A stretch of DNA of 64,000 bases from Geosiphon pyriformis uo1 (GCA_016748015.1 JAAOMT010000518.1:310001-374000); one strand, 5' to 3'. Counted from the first letter of the stretch, positions 25,740 to 42,293 are shown. Program-made: numbers and translations. Notes: generated from the letters alone by a model not told the origin.

Positions 25740-28700
25740 GTAGTTTGGTTTGGAAATTTGCTACATGCAACGTTCAGGATATCAATGTTCCTGCGAAGCA
25801 AACAGATGTTGTTTGTTGGCATGTGAGCTTGGGAAATATGGTTTCTTTTATCACTGAGACTAAGTTGAGGTCCTCTTCTGGGCCATGGATAACGGATAAA
25901 TTTGATGGAGTGCGAATATTTTCTTCTGGCTTGGATAAGGGTTTCATGGGTGCTGAGGTTGCGATTGTTATGAACACTTCTTTGGCCCGTCATGTATCTA
26001 AGATGAAGGAGATTTCTGGTTGGGTTATTTCTGTTCGGCTCCTGTTTAAGGGCAAGCTCTCGGTTACTGTTTTGGAGTTGTATGCTGGTGTCTCCTCTGG
26101 GGCTAGATTTGGTCAGGCTTCTGAAGTTAACACCCTCATTGCAAAGGTGGTCAACTTCAGCGATTTTGTTATCTTGGGTGGGGACTTTAATGAGAATGGA
26201 TCTGGTAGAAGTGTTAGTTTCAAGTTTTGTTTGAGTTTGGGTTTAGTCAATTCATTTGTTGATCATCATTTGGCTAATTCTTATACGTGGAGCAATTTGA
26301 GAGAGGTTGGGAAAACAATTGATTACATTTTTGTTGGTGGTAATTTGTCTACTGCTGTTGCTGGCCATCAAGTTGCCTCTGTTTCAGATTTCTTTGACAC
26401 TGATCACAAGGCTGTTGTAATTTCAGTTGGTTTGGGTGGGCTTCTAGATGTACAATTGAACAGTTTGCGCAAGCAGGTGAATAAGGATTATTGGAAGTTC
26501 AAAATCAAGAATGCTGACTGTGTTGGATGGGCTAAGTTTAAGGATCTCTCGTCAGCTAAACTTTTGTCTTTGGGTGAGGTGTTCTCTGGTGCCAAAATAT
26601 GTGGTGATGTGGATGCTATGTGGGCAGTTTTGGTGGGAGCTATGGTAGATTCTACTGATGTGACATTTTCGAGGCATTGGTTTAGTGAATTCAAGTGTTC
26701 AAGAAACAAACATTCTTCTAGGTTTTTTGGTCTGGAATTGTTGGTGGCCAAGATTGTCAAAAAATTTTGCTCTGGTGACTTGCTGGGCACTGATTGTCTT
26801 GTGAGTAAATAGTTGACTCTGGATGATGTGAAGGCTCGTGTTTTCAAGGACTTGGTTGGCTTGGGTGTTAAATCTGATATTGTTGTTAGGTATTTGTCAT
26901 TGGTTCGCAGAGATTACAAGAGGTTGAAGATGTTTGAGTCAAGGTTGGCTGAGGAAGCTTCGGTTAGGAAGGTGATTGAGAAGCGCATGGATAATTTCTG
27001 TTCGGATAAGGGTAGTATGATCAGGAGTGTGTTGGAAAAGCCTTTTCGCAAGGTTGTGTTGGATTACTTGATAGTTGATGATGATCTGGTTTTGTTGCCT
27101 GAAGAGGTGAAGTCCAGTGTGGATAGAATAATGGAGGGGTGGACGAGGAAACACTCCATGCAGTCAGTGCTTCCTGGTCTTTGGGCTCGTCAGTACGCAC
27201 CTTTGGACTATGTTTGGAATGATGCTTTTTCAGGTGTTATGAGTGCAATCAGTATGGGCGAGTTAATTTCTGTTGTTGGTGGTCTTCCTGATGGCAAGGC
27301 TGCTGGTTTGTCTGGTGTTCCTAATGAGTTATGGAAACATGGTGGTGAGGTGGTTTTGGGGTGCCTGTTGGTGCTGTTTAATAAATGTTTGTCTGGTGGT
27401 GTGGTGCCTGTTTTGTGGAAGAGGACTTGGGTGTCAATGATTCCTAAGCCTTATGACTGGGATGGAGCTCTTACGAACACTCGGCCTATTGCTTTGATTG
27501 AAACTGCCAGGAAGATTCTTTCCAAAATTCTGTCTGACTGTATTTCAATGGCTTGTAGCAAGTTCAATGTTCTTCAGGGTGACAACTTTTCAGTGCTGAA
27601 GAGTATGTCAACACAGTCTCTGGTGTTTGCTGTCAGTTTGGTAATTGAGGATGCCATTAAGAAGGATAGGGAGTTATGGTTGGTCTTGCAAGATATGCAG
27701 AAAGCTTACGATTCAGTTGGGTGGTATCATTTAAGAGCTAGTTTGCGGCGTGTCAAGATGTGTGAGAGGTTCATAAGGTTTTTTGGTGGTATTCATGAGG
27801 ATAGAGTTAATAGGGTAATGACTGACTTTGGTTTGTCTGGTGGTTATAAGGTGTATGATGGGCTGGACCAGGGTAAGGTCTTTTCACCACTTCTTTGGAG
27901 AATTTTTTACGATCCGCTTTTGTGTGAGGTTAAAAGGCACGAACAATTGTGTGGGTACCGAATTGATACTAAGTTTGTTTCAAAATCTGGCAGAATTGAG
28001 GGCAGTAGTGGTTTGACATCGTATTTTTCGGCTGGTGCATTTGTCAATAATACGATCTGGGTTGGAAATTGTCAGGCTTCTACTCAATATGCTCTGAACA
28101 TTGCCAGTGAATTTTTTGTGATCAATGATATTTCTATCAATAGTGAGAAGACGGTAGCTATTCCCATCAATCAGGGTGTTAAAGTTGCTTTATTGAACAT
28201 TTGTGGTCAGCCAATTTTTATTGCCAAGAAAGGGGAAGCACATCAGTATCTGGATATTTTTCTGTCGACTGAAGGACTCTCCAAGCCGAGTGTTGCCAAG
28301 GCTCATGCGGATGTACGTTTTTTCGTCAATGTTGTGCTTAGGAAGACTATTACAGACAAACAATTTTCTTATCTGGTGTCAGCTGTTTTGCAGTCTATTG
28401 TTAGCTATCGTACTCAGTTCAGTTTTGTCTCATCTAATGTTTGTCGCAAGTGGAATGCCTTGGTTAGAAAGGGTCTTAGGTCCAAGGCTTGTCTTCCCCG
28501 TGATTTTTCTGACGCTGCTTTGCATCATCCCTCATTGTATGGCCTAAAGCCTTTTGAGCAGGTGCAGTCAGAAGGGAAGGTTGCTGCTTTGATGGCGTTC
28601 TCTAATGCCTTTGGCATTCTTGGGTGTTTGTTTAGACATAGGTTTTTGGACCTACAGGTTCTTGGTTGGGCTCCTTTGGATCCTTTACAGTGTCCAGTCA

Positions 28701-30421
28701 GGTTGCGTGTTAGTCCAGTGAACAATTTTTTGGCTGGGATGGATAAGATCTTTCTGGGCAATAAGCTTACTTTGGTGAACAACCTCCTCACTGCATTTCA
28801 TAGTTCTGGTTGGTTCCCATTGTTCTCTGTTCTTGGAAAGTCTCTGTATTTTGATTCGGTCAAATCTCTTAAACGTTTTGGTGTCGCTTTTGGTGATCGG
28901 CTTTTTGATAAGAAAGGTGTTTTGTTGGATTGGAAAACTTTTCGTCATTGGAAGAGGTTGGATCCACATGGCCCTGTGCCTCACTGGTTTATGGTTTCTT
29001 CTGAGTTTTTGAAAGGTCAGGGTTACTCATTTTCTGGTTCTGTTGGCTCTGCAGAAAAGCTTGGTTTGGACATTTTGGGGTCTGGGGAATTTTCTGCAGT
29101 TAAAGATGGGTTGCATGACGTTTGGTCAGGCTTTTTTGAAGTTTTCACAGATGGGTCTTTGAGGAATGCAGGCTCTGCTGAGGTCGCCTGTGGTGCTGCT
29201 GCATACTTTCCGGTCTTGAATAAGAGCATTGATGTCACTATTTGTGGTCTTTTGTCATCTACTATGGCCAAGTTATAGGCTGTCGCTTTGGCTTTGGAGT
29301 GTGTTCCTTCTTCAAGTACTGTGGTGTTATGTCTTGACAGCCAGGCTGCCATTGACGCATGTGTGTCTGAGATGTCTTTGGTTGCCCCTGATTTCTGTAA
29401 TTAATGCTGGCTGGAAAGGCGTCATATTTTCAATTTGGTCAGAGATAAGGATCTCAGCATAAGTTGGGTTAAGGTGAAAGGACACTCTGGGATTCCTGGT
29501 AATGTGAGAGCTGACTTGGCTGCTGGGGCTGCCTCTGGGTCTCCCTTTTCTCTTTGTGCCAATGTGCGTGAACATTTTTTGGTTGCTGAGGGTATTGCTG
29601 TTTCTGGTAATGCCCGTCATTTTGTCAGAAATAATTTTTGATCAATTTGTTGTGCTCATTGGGAAGCTGGGCCTGGTTGTGATGTAGTTCCGGATGTGAT
29701 GATTGGTTGCATAGACTGGGTTGTCACGGCGAAGGTGTGGCATCCTGATTCTCATATGCTTGCTGGGTTCACTAGCCGCGCATCCTCAATGCTTCGCACT
29801 TATGTTATGAAGACTGTGCACAGGAGGTTGCCGGTGGCAGTAAGGAAGAGGTTGTATGATAAGTGCTACCCTAGTGTGTTGTGTTTGTTTTGCAGTAAGG
29901 TGGAATTCTCTGACCATGTTTTTACTTGTGTTTATGAGTCTGGCATTCGTGGTGAGATTTTGGCAGAGGCTTCTGCCCGTTGGTCAGCTTTGGCTGGTGG
30001 TTCCCCTGCTTCTGCTGTGTTGCAGGTTTTGTCTCAATGTTCCATTGATGTTGGGCTGTACACTTTGGTGTGCAAAGGGTTTGTGCTGGAGGAGTGGTAT
30101 AGAGAGGCTTGCGATGTTTTTGAGGATAGAAAGGTGGCCACAGCTCGGATTGTTGATTATGTCAGGTTCGTTGTTGGATTACATTGTGCTAAAGTATGGT
30201 TGGCTAGAGCCAGCCACCGGGTGGTGATGGAGAAGGCTGGTCTAGTCTGTGATGTTGGTGTTGTTTCTGGGCTTCTGTGTGGTGTGTCTTCGGTTTTGTC
30301 TGATGGTGTTGTGAGATTGCTTGGTTTGGCCGATTCCTTTGCTGTTAGCTTTGATTGTCAGAAGCCTTATTGTTTCTTTTCTGGTCTGGATGGCAGTGTA
30401 CAGGTAGTTATAAATGTGTAG
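25736..30421 (+). pseudogene. LINE A ORF2 (APE endonuclease, RT, RNase H, C-terminal Cys/His motif)
   Basis: One frame with stops at 26810, 29276, 29402 and 29639. Motifs: GDFN, TIDYIF, DTDH; RPIALI, KAYDSV, GLDQG, FVNN (from FVDD); VFTDGS, VKGHSG..GN.RAD; CLFC..E...HVFTC. Confidence 0.93.
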
Positions 30422-32369
30422 TGTTGCCTTGTCTGGCCTGAGTGGCTAGCCACATGTAGAAAGTGTGTGAGTTGCGTTTAGTCTGAGCCTCTTAGTTTGG
30501 TTCTATGTACTAGATAGCGATTGGGCTGCGCTCATTAAATGGGTTAATAAAAAAAAAATAATATTTGATTTTTATAAGTTTTTAAATTTTGTTATAATTA
30601 AAATTAATATTTTATACAAATTTTATATTTGGTAAAAAACTTCTGAATATTGTTGCTATAATAAATATTAGTATTTAAATTATTTATCTGTCAATTATAA
30701 AATATTCTTATTTTTTTTTAAATTTTCTGTTAAGTTTATTATTAACTTTAAATTTTTTGTTGATAAAAAATTTTATGTTAAAGTTTCTATTTTTTTGGTT
30801 TTTTTTTGCTGTATTTTTGGTTGTTTTTGTTATTAATCTTATTATTAAGTTTAAATTAAATTTTTTGAATTCCTAAGTCTTAAATTTAATTGTTTTAATA
30901 AAATTTGTTATAAAATTTATTGGTTTTTTGATTATTTTAGTTATTATTTTTTTGGACACTTTTTTGTTTTACATATAAAGCTTAAAAATTTGGTTAATAT
31001 TATTTAAAATAAGATGTTTGTTTTTGATAAAACTGTAAGTTGGCTTTTTATAGATATAATATTAGTTAAATCTGAAAATAGTGTTAATATTAAATTTACT
31101 TAATAATAAATTTTATATTAAGTTAATTATTTTATAAAAATATTAATTTGATTTTATTAAATTAATATAAATATTACTATTATATAACTAAGTAGTTTTG
31201 TTAAAAATAATAGTATACTAATTACTATTATAAGTAAAATATTTTTTCAAGTAAATTTTTTTTTATAGTTTTAATATAACATTGTTTTAATTAATTTAAA
31301 TGACTGATTATATGTAAAAAACACATAATTTATATCTGGTTTAGATTATTTAATTTAATATATTATATTAAATTGTGTTTGGGTCTTGTTTGTTAAATTA
31401 ATAAAAATTAAAAAAACCAATATTTTATTTTTTACAAAAAAAATTTAATATAATTTAAATATTAAAATTAATAAAAACAATAAAAAAAGAAAAATTACCT
31501 TTTTTTACAAATTGATTTTTGATTTTTTAAAAATTAGACACAATATTATTACAATTAAAAAGCTCGATAAAAAAATATTAATTAATTAATTTAAAATAAC
31601 TTAAATTTTTGTACTGGTTATAATTTTTTGAAAGATTGATTTTGAATTAAACATAAAATATTTTATAATTAAATACTACTTACCAAAACAAAAAATTTAA
31701 GATTTTTTGTTATATAAAATTACAATAAAAAGTATTTAAACAAAAACTAATTATTTTAACTAATAACCATAAAATTAAAAAACAAAATTAACTTTTTTAA
31801 TTATTAAAAATATTTTAACAATATTTAATTTGTTTTTAACAAACCAATTAAAAATATATAACATAATTTTAAAGATTTAATTAAAAAACAAAAATAATTT
31901 ACTAATTAAATTTATATATAACAATATTAAATTTATTGTAATTTTGCAAATTAAAATATATATATTAAAAACTCAAATATTTTTTGTTTTAATAATAATT
32001 TAACAAAGTTTTAAGTTTTTATAGATAAATGCTTATTTTAAAAACTTGTTATTAATTACTTATAATAATTAATGAAAATAATATTTTTTTTATTGCTTTA
32101 ACAAAATATGAATTTTTTACTGTTTACATTAATTACAAAAAATTATTATAGATGTAGATTATGTATTTTTAATATGTAATTAGCCATTCAAATTTACATT
32201 AAAACACTACTATACAAAATTAATTATGTTTTTGTTTTTATTATTAATTCTATTTACTGTGTATAAATTATATTAAAATATGTAAAAATATATTCAGTTT
32301 AATGTACTTTCTAAAATAACTTAAATAATTTAACTTACTAATTGTCTTTTTAAAAGACATTAATTTGCT

Positions 32370-32495
32370 TGTGGTCATGGACGGTTGATTTCGGACGTTG
32401 ATCGGCCGAGTGGCTGGTCACGTGTAGAAATTGTATGAGCCACGCTTATTTTGATTGTATTTTGGTTGGGCTGCGCTCGTTAAATAAATAAATAT
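32370..32495 (+). mobile_element. Short CpG-intact retroposon 3' tail fragment (5'-truncated LINE or SINE-like)
   Basis: ggccgagtggctggtcacgtgtagaaa...gagccacgctta...ttgggctgcgctcgttaaataaataaa is homologous to the LINE 3' UTR. Confidence 0.8.
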
Positions 32496-32799
32496 TAGCA
32501 ATTTTAAAAATAGGTTTTTTAAATTAAAATATTTCTATTTTCTGTATTAATTTTTTAATTAATTTTGTGGTAAAATTCTAAATTATAATTGCTAAATACA
32601 TTTGGGTGTTTAATATTTAGTCTTAAAACTAGATTTTACAGTATTACAATAAAAAAATTGCTTTGAATAAGATAATCAACAAATTTATACCAATTCAATT
32701 TTTTGGATTCAAATGTCTGAATGACGATCATATGTCAACAGATCATCTAAAACACGCCAATAAATATTTAACATAAGATTTCCCGTTTTTTACACAACA

Positions 32800-34245
32800 A
32801 TGGCACCTCCTGGAGCCTCCACCTCACCAAAACACTATTCACCAAAGACAAAATCTCATCCCTCTGAGAAGCTCATGGCTACCACGGACATATCTCATAT
32901 TACTTCTCAGTATCAAAAAGCGGCACATGCCTTTCTGTTTCGTCAATACGAAGTCGCTCATGTTTCATGCCTTTCCGCGATTTCTGACCTATCCTTATTA
33001 ACCTCTTCACCCTCTTTTTCCCCCGTAAGACATCTACGCACAAAAGTCTGGGCTCTCTACGTTAAATTTGTTGCTGCTTTACTTGCCGAGAAGTCCCATC
33101 TACATATTAACCAAATAGAAACGAAGCGACTGATTGAGGGAAGCAAGTTAAAAATTGTTAATGAAGTTTGGTTACAGGTTGTTCATGGGTATGATGATGA
33201 GGAAGGTGAAGTGGATGGTGAAGTAGTCGTTGCATGGTGGGTAAAGAATAGTAAGAACGGTAAAGTGTTTGCGAATGGCAGTTTGGGTTAGAAGTAGAGT
33301 TCTGCGTTCAAAGCCTCTTTAATTTACCTTATCATAACTTCCGTTTTGCCTTATCCAGTGTATTGCTTTGTCTAGGTCAGCAATTCCCTGATATAGCGCG
33401 CATGATAATCGAGACTTGGTTATATTCGCTTCCAGAAACGGCTTTGCTTCAGCTGGATATCGCCTCAACTAATAATATAAAGGATGATGCACTTCTGAAA
33501 AACTACGAAAAGATTGTAGAGCTGTACGTTTTACATGTTCTTCCAAAGCTCAAGGATTGGGATTATGCTAAAAATTTTCTTCGTGATAATATTCGAATTG
33601 ATCAAAGCCGCAAAAAGGTGGGTAGCACTATATTTTTCAAAAGGCTAATCAATTATTCAAAGCTCAGATATTTCTGAAATCAACTAGGCCTATGAACAGA
33701 CTCTTGATAAACTTCAAGAAAGTTCCAAAAAGCCCAAGCACACCAAACAAAAGCACCTAAAATCAAAATCAGCTGAAACAATCCTACATACAAACGGCTT
33801 TCTAACTGATGATATGCGAAAACTTTTCTCCCATACAAATGGTTCTCGAGGCATTGAAAGTACTAATGGATCATTCGCTCAAAATGAAAATCCCTCAGCC
33901 TCACCCTTACATACGCCAAAGATGAATGGCTCACAATTAATTCGCTCTTCAACTTTGTCTACGACCTCTACCGAACTCGCAGATCCATTGAGACGAAGCA
34001 CAGGGCGAGCAGTAAGAATTTCATCCACAAATGTCTTTAGCCAGCTTTTCAATGCATTTGCTTTCTGTGGGGAACGGTTGACACAAACTTTCACTCTCCC
34101 AAGGATTCTTTTACTGTGCATAGTAATCATCCTGTCTAATGGGTCGAATACAAAAGCACGAGAAAAACTACGTGTGTTTATCAGTCTAGTTGCGGTCAAG
34201 TTCTGGGAAACTATCAAAGCTGGCACTACAGTGACTTATGTTTGA
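32800..34245 (+). CDS. PEX26: Peroxin 26-like tail-anchored peroxisomal membrane protein, 3 exons, ~417 aa
   Basis: Exons 32800-33236, 33359-33617 and 33688-34245 are GT-AG and in phase. Fungal Pex26-like motifs ELYVLHVLP..DWDYAKNFL, a C-terminal hydrophobic segment and KFWETIKAGTTVTYV. Confidence 0.75.
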
Positions 34246-34496
34246 TGCTATTTAGTCTGAAAACAGCTTAAAGGTTTCTTATGATAAACTTGATCAATAG
34301 GAGACGATCTTAGAAGCGAGTCAATTTTTTATTTACAGATCATTACCCAAGAACCAAGCTCAATTCACAATATTTCTATTTCTATAGTTGCAAAATCCCT
34401 CAACCTCTTTAGAAATTCAAAGAACATATTTTATAGAATAAAATTTGGGCTTTTTAGTTCCCATTTTTGAATCCGAGCAATTGTTGAATACCTTAT

Positions 34497-38292
<3,796 letters not shown>

Positions 38293-38326
38293 TTTATTTT
38301 ATGGAAAAAAGTTTTTGGAAACAATT

Positions 38327-38332
38327 ACGCGT
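38327..38332. promoter_or_regulatory. MCB-like element (ACGCGT) 35 bp upstream of the MCM6 ATG
   Basis: Perfect MluI box; a second CGCG core near 38396. Expected for a G1/S replication gene. Confidence 0.45.
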
Positions 38333-40257
38333 AAAATTTTACTTTCTAAACGTAGGAAGTTGATTGAATTACTAACCATTAGATCCTGTTCCAACCGCGT
38401 GACGTATAGACTTGAGAAAATTTTGCAGATCGGATAAAAATTTCCATTTTTAAAGCAAAACAATATTAATTATAATTTATTATTTAATACTTAATATTTT
38501 CATTATACATTAAAATTTGTAAAAACAATTGAACTTAATTAAATTTATGTATTTTGAATAAAATCTAAAAAGCTTAAAAATTAATAAAGTTTAACAAATT
38601 AATTAAAATTATATAAAAAGTTTAAATTTTTAATAAATATAATATTTAATTATTATCTAATTGTGTTTTTTATTATATTTAACATATAATAAATACAGTT
38701 TATATATTTTTTATATATATAATTTATTATTTAAAGTGTTTTAAATTATGTAATATAATTTAATAATATTTATTTATTTGTAATATTTTAATTAAATATA
38801 ATTTAACTATTATTTATAAATTACAACAATTTTTTAACAAATAAAATTCAAAAAAAATTATTTTTTGTCTTTTTAATTTTATGACCATGACCAAAACAAA
38901 GAATAAAAAAGCTGCATTTAATATCTTTTTTAAGATATCTGATAAAATTTTAATTAAAAAAGTTTTTTCTATTATAAAAACAATTAAACAAAATATCTTG
39001 AAAACTTTTTTTCCAAGTAGTAATAGTAAAAAGTTGTGTTTAGTAGTCTCTAAAGCATTTTTTTTATTTTTGGCTGATTTTTTATTAGTCAAAGTTTTTT
39101 TCAAAAAACACACATGGATTAATTTTAGTATTGTTTTTATTTTTACTAAAAGCTTAAAAATTTTTAATAATAGACTAATTAATAAGTTAGTCTTTCTAAC
39201 TATTGCTATTATATCTGGTATTATTAACACTATTTCTTTAAAAATAGCCAAAAAAACCAAGAATTTCAAAAAGTGGAAACAGTTATTTGCTTTTATTATT
39301 GTTATACTAAATTTTTTTGTAATTCTAAATAAGATCTTAAATAAGATCTTTATTATATTATCTAACATATTATTTAAGATAAACCAAGATTAACTATTGA
39401 CTATATTGCTGAATATAGTGTTTTTTAATAGATTTTTGTCAGTTTTAAAAGTTAAATAAAAGTTTTTTATTAGATTATCTGTTTTTAAAAACTGGACTAA
39501 TCAAATAAAAACTGAATTATTTTTTCTAATTTCTAGTGTTGCTACTAGTAGTTTTTAAAAAATTATTACTAATTATCTAAAATTTGTTGAGTAAATGATT
39601 TTTATTCTGGTGTTTAATACAATTTTCAAGATTAAATTGGCTTATATTAAAACTGTTTTTTAGTTTGTATATGATTTTTTAAGTGTAAAATCAGTTATAA
39701 AAACAATATAAAGCTCTTTTGTATAAAGTCTGTTTTTTAATAATCTTTAAAAACTGCATTTTTGGTTGAACTTAAGAGCTTTGTTTATCTAATCACTCTT
39801 AAGATTACCAAATTTTTGGTGGTGTTACAGTTGTTGACTTGAAGTCTCAAATCCAATAACAAATTTATAACTTGGTGCTTGATGGATGTTTTGGTTTATG
39901 ATTTTATCTGGAGGTTGTTTGTACCTGAAGGTATTGTTATCTGAAGGTTTTAATTGAGTTCTTTGTATAATGAACAGAAATTCAATAGTGTTTATCCATA
40001 GCTTCCTGAAACTGCAGTTTTGTCAATTTTTTTCTCAATATGATGGCTGGTATTCCTCCTGGTAAGCTATTTTCAATTGAGTGTTCTACCCTTATTCTTG
40101 GGTCTTTTACCAGTTACTTTGATGTCAGTACTCCACACGTTATTCTCTTTCAATTAATTAGTATACAACAATAAAAATCTCAGAAATGAAATAAAAAAGA
40201 GAAAACAAAAGAAAATAAAGAAATTAAGCCAAGACAATTTGCAAGTTAGTATTTCAT

Positions 40258-41174
40258 TGTTATTCATAGAAAAAAAATACAAGAAAATAGTAGGAAAAAC
40301 AGATAGAAAAAATAGATCAATAAGAGAATAGTATTTAGCATGTGAGCATATTGCTTAGCAATGTGAAGTATTGTCAAAGAATTATGGCACATTGTTCAGC
40401 AATAAGCATATTGCCAGAAATTACAGGCACATTGCTTGAGAAATCATGACACATTGCTCATGAATGTGCAGAATCTTGTATAACATAAATTATATATATA
40501 TAACAAAAGTATTAAAAGCAGAAAAAGTAATTCCAGAAGAATTCAAGAATTCTTGGAAAATTCAATAGAGTTTTATTAATTTAGAACAATCCTCTTTCTT
40601 CTCTATTTATTAACCCTCATTTCAAGGATAGTTGCTATTAACCAAAATAGAATTATATAAATAAAAGATCTCTTCAATTCTTCAAATCTATGTTATTGTC
40701 GTTTGTTTGAAAATATAATCACTTTTCTATTTATTAACACTTTATGTTGATAAATACTAACTTAAATTGTCTTGACTTATTTTTAATTTCTTATTTTCTT
40801 TTTATTTTCTTTTCTTTTGTTTGTTGACTTACTACTGATTAAAGAAATTAAACACTAAGTAATTGATGTCAAGGATAGCCTGGTAAAAGACCCAGAAATA
40901 AGGGTAAAATTATATATATTAATAGATAGCTTACCAGAAAGGCACAACTGCCAGAATAAACCAGCCACCAAGCTAAAAACAGAAATTGGGAAAACAACTT
41001 GAGAAATCAACCAAAACCAACCATAGTGAATCTCTATCCATTATACAAAGGACTCCACAACAAAACCTTCAGATAAAACAACACCTTCAGATATTACCAA
41101 CAACAATATATCAATTGAGCATTAAGTTACAGGTTTGTTATTTGCTTTGAGACCCCAAATAATCATCTGTAACA
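40258..41174 (+). mobile_element. Inverted solo LTR of a related subfamily nested in the 3' LTR of gypsy 2
   Basis: TGTTAT...GTAACA. The TSD TCAT/CTGT derives from CCGT, seen at the empty site in the other LTR (~50210). The U3 repeats differ from those of the other LTRs. Confidence 0.85.
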
Positions 41175-41634
41175 CTGTCAATAGCCATAATCAAAAGCTA
41201 TTGTTCCAGTGTAGTTAAATATTATTTGTTATCAACATGAAGTATTGATAGTGAAGAGTAAAATTAGAGATAGTAAATAATTATTTATTGATAGTTGTGA
41301 TATTGGAAGATTGCTTAGATCAAATCTAAACTGAAAGGTCTGTTTTTTCTACTTCTAACACTATTGCTATATATACATAATTGAGATTTCTTAATTCCTC
41401 AATTCTTCACATCAGGAATCCTGGAATTCCTAGAATCCTGTAATTTTTTTTGAGAGGAATTCTGGAATTCTGGAATCCTGCAATTTTTTGTATAAGAATT
41501 CTGAAATTTCTGGAATCTTACAATTTCTCTTGAGAGGAATCCTGGAATTTTACATTTATTACGGCTACTTCTGATTGGCTAATTTATATACTAATATACT
41601 TTTTATATTTTATGAGTAACATTATTCCCTTTTT

Positions 41635-42293
41635 TTAATATTGAGTTCTATCGAGATCTCCTAATTTTAGTTCTTTGTTGTTGAGTATTTCTTGAATTTT
41701 TTTTCAAGAATTATTTGTGTTATCTTGCTTTGTAACTTTTTGAATTGGGCATTGGTTATTCTTCTTATCTGGTTGATAGTAATGTCGTTTATTACTAGAT
41801 TAAGTAAGATTTCTGGTTGGTCTTAAAATCCAGCATGCAATTAATAGATGGCTTTTGTTTGTATTGTTATATTGTTTCTTTTCACAAATTTCTTAAGTTG
41901 TTGTAATATTGTTGTATTAAATAATTATTTTGTTTTATCTGTATATAAGTTCTGAATATTCAAATGCTGTTTCAAGTAAAAGTAACAAAAGTTTTTTGGA
42001 AATTGTTGTATCCACTACAACCAAGTTTCTTTAGTCATTTCTTGATATATGGTGACACTTGTTGGCTCTTTTATTACCAATTTTACTTTCAGAATTATTT
42101 TGTCAACAGCATTTTCTGTTTTCTTCTGTACTTTGTATTGCAGTATTTTCTTGGTATCTCTGTATCTAATAGTTTATTAATTGATGGTAATTTCCATATT
42201 CTGTTGTTGAATTAATTAAAAGAGTTGTTGTGCTAGTAAGTAAATGTCATTAGTAATTTCCATTTTTCTGTTGTCTTTTATTACATCTACCAT
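41635..42293 (-). pseudogene. Extra ORF3 (~219 aa) of gypsy 2
   Basis: ATG at 42293, 25 nt after the pol stop. Internal stops are TAA/TAG. One A-run deletion near the end. Stop lies next to the PPT. Confidence 0.72.

Larger units (their letters stand above)
23654..30559 (+). mobile_element. LINE copy A, full length and least decayed (ORF1 RRM + CCHC; ORF2 APE-RT-RNase H-zinc finger), poly(A) tail
   Basis: 5' motif aaaaactctttctttcgttgatccc is shared with copy B. ORF1 and ORF2 overlap at ATGA (25736). The 3' UTR is followed by taataaaaaaaaaaa at ~30545-30559. Confidence 0.95.
22400..31410 (+). mobile_element. ORF1-only (HAL1-like) non-LTR element E1, heavily decayed, interrupted by LINE copy A
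   Basis: 22400-23560 and 30560-31410 are homologous to element E2 (FKIKLA..., KDNIKLFC..., FKIAKS...). It ends in the shared 3' tail at ~31275-31410. Boundaries are approximate. Confidence 0.6.

Noticed and set aside
23620-30570. TSD for LINE A (ataatatt[t]ga near both ends)
   Set aside because: Low-complexity AT match, not adjacent to the inferred 5' end.
32404-32416. tRNA A-box-like GGCCGAGTGG
   Set aside because: There is no B-box or cloverleaf, and it is explained as part of the retroposon 3' stem-loop.
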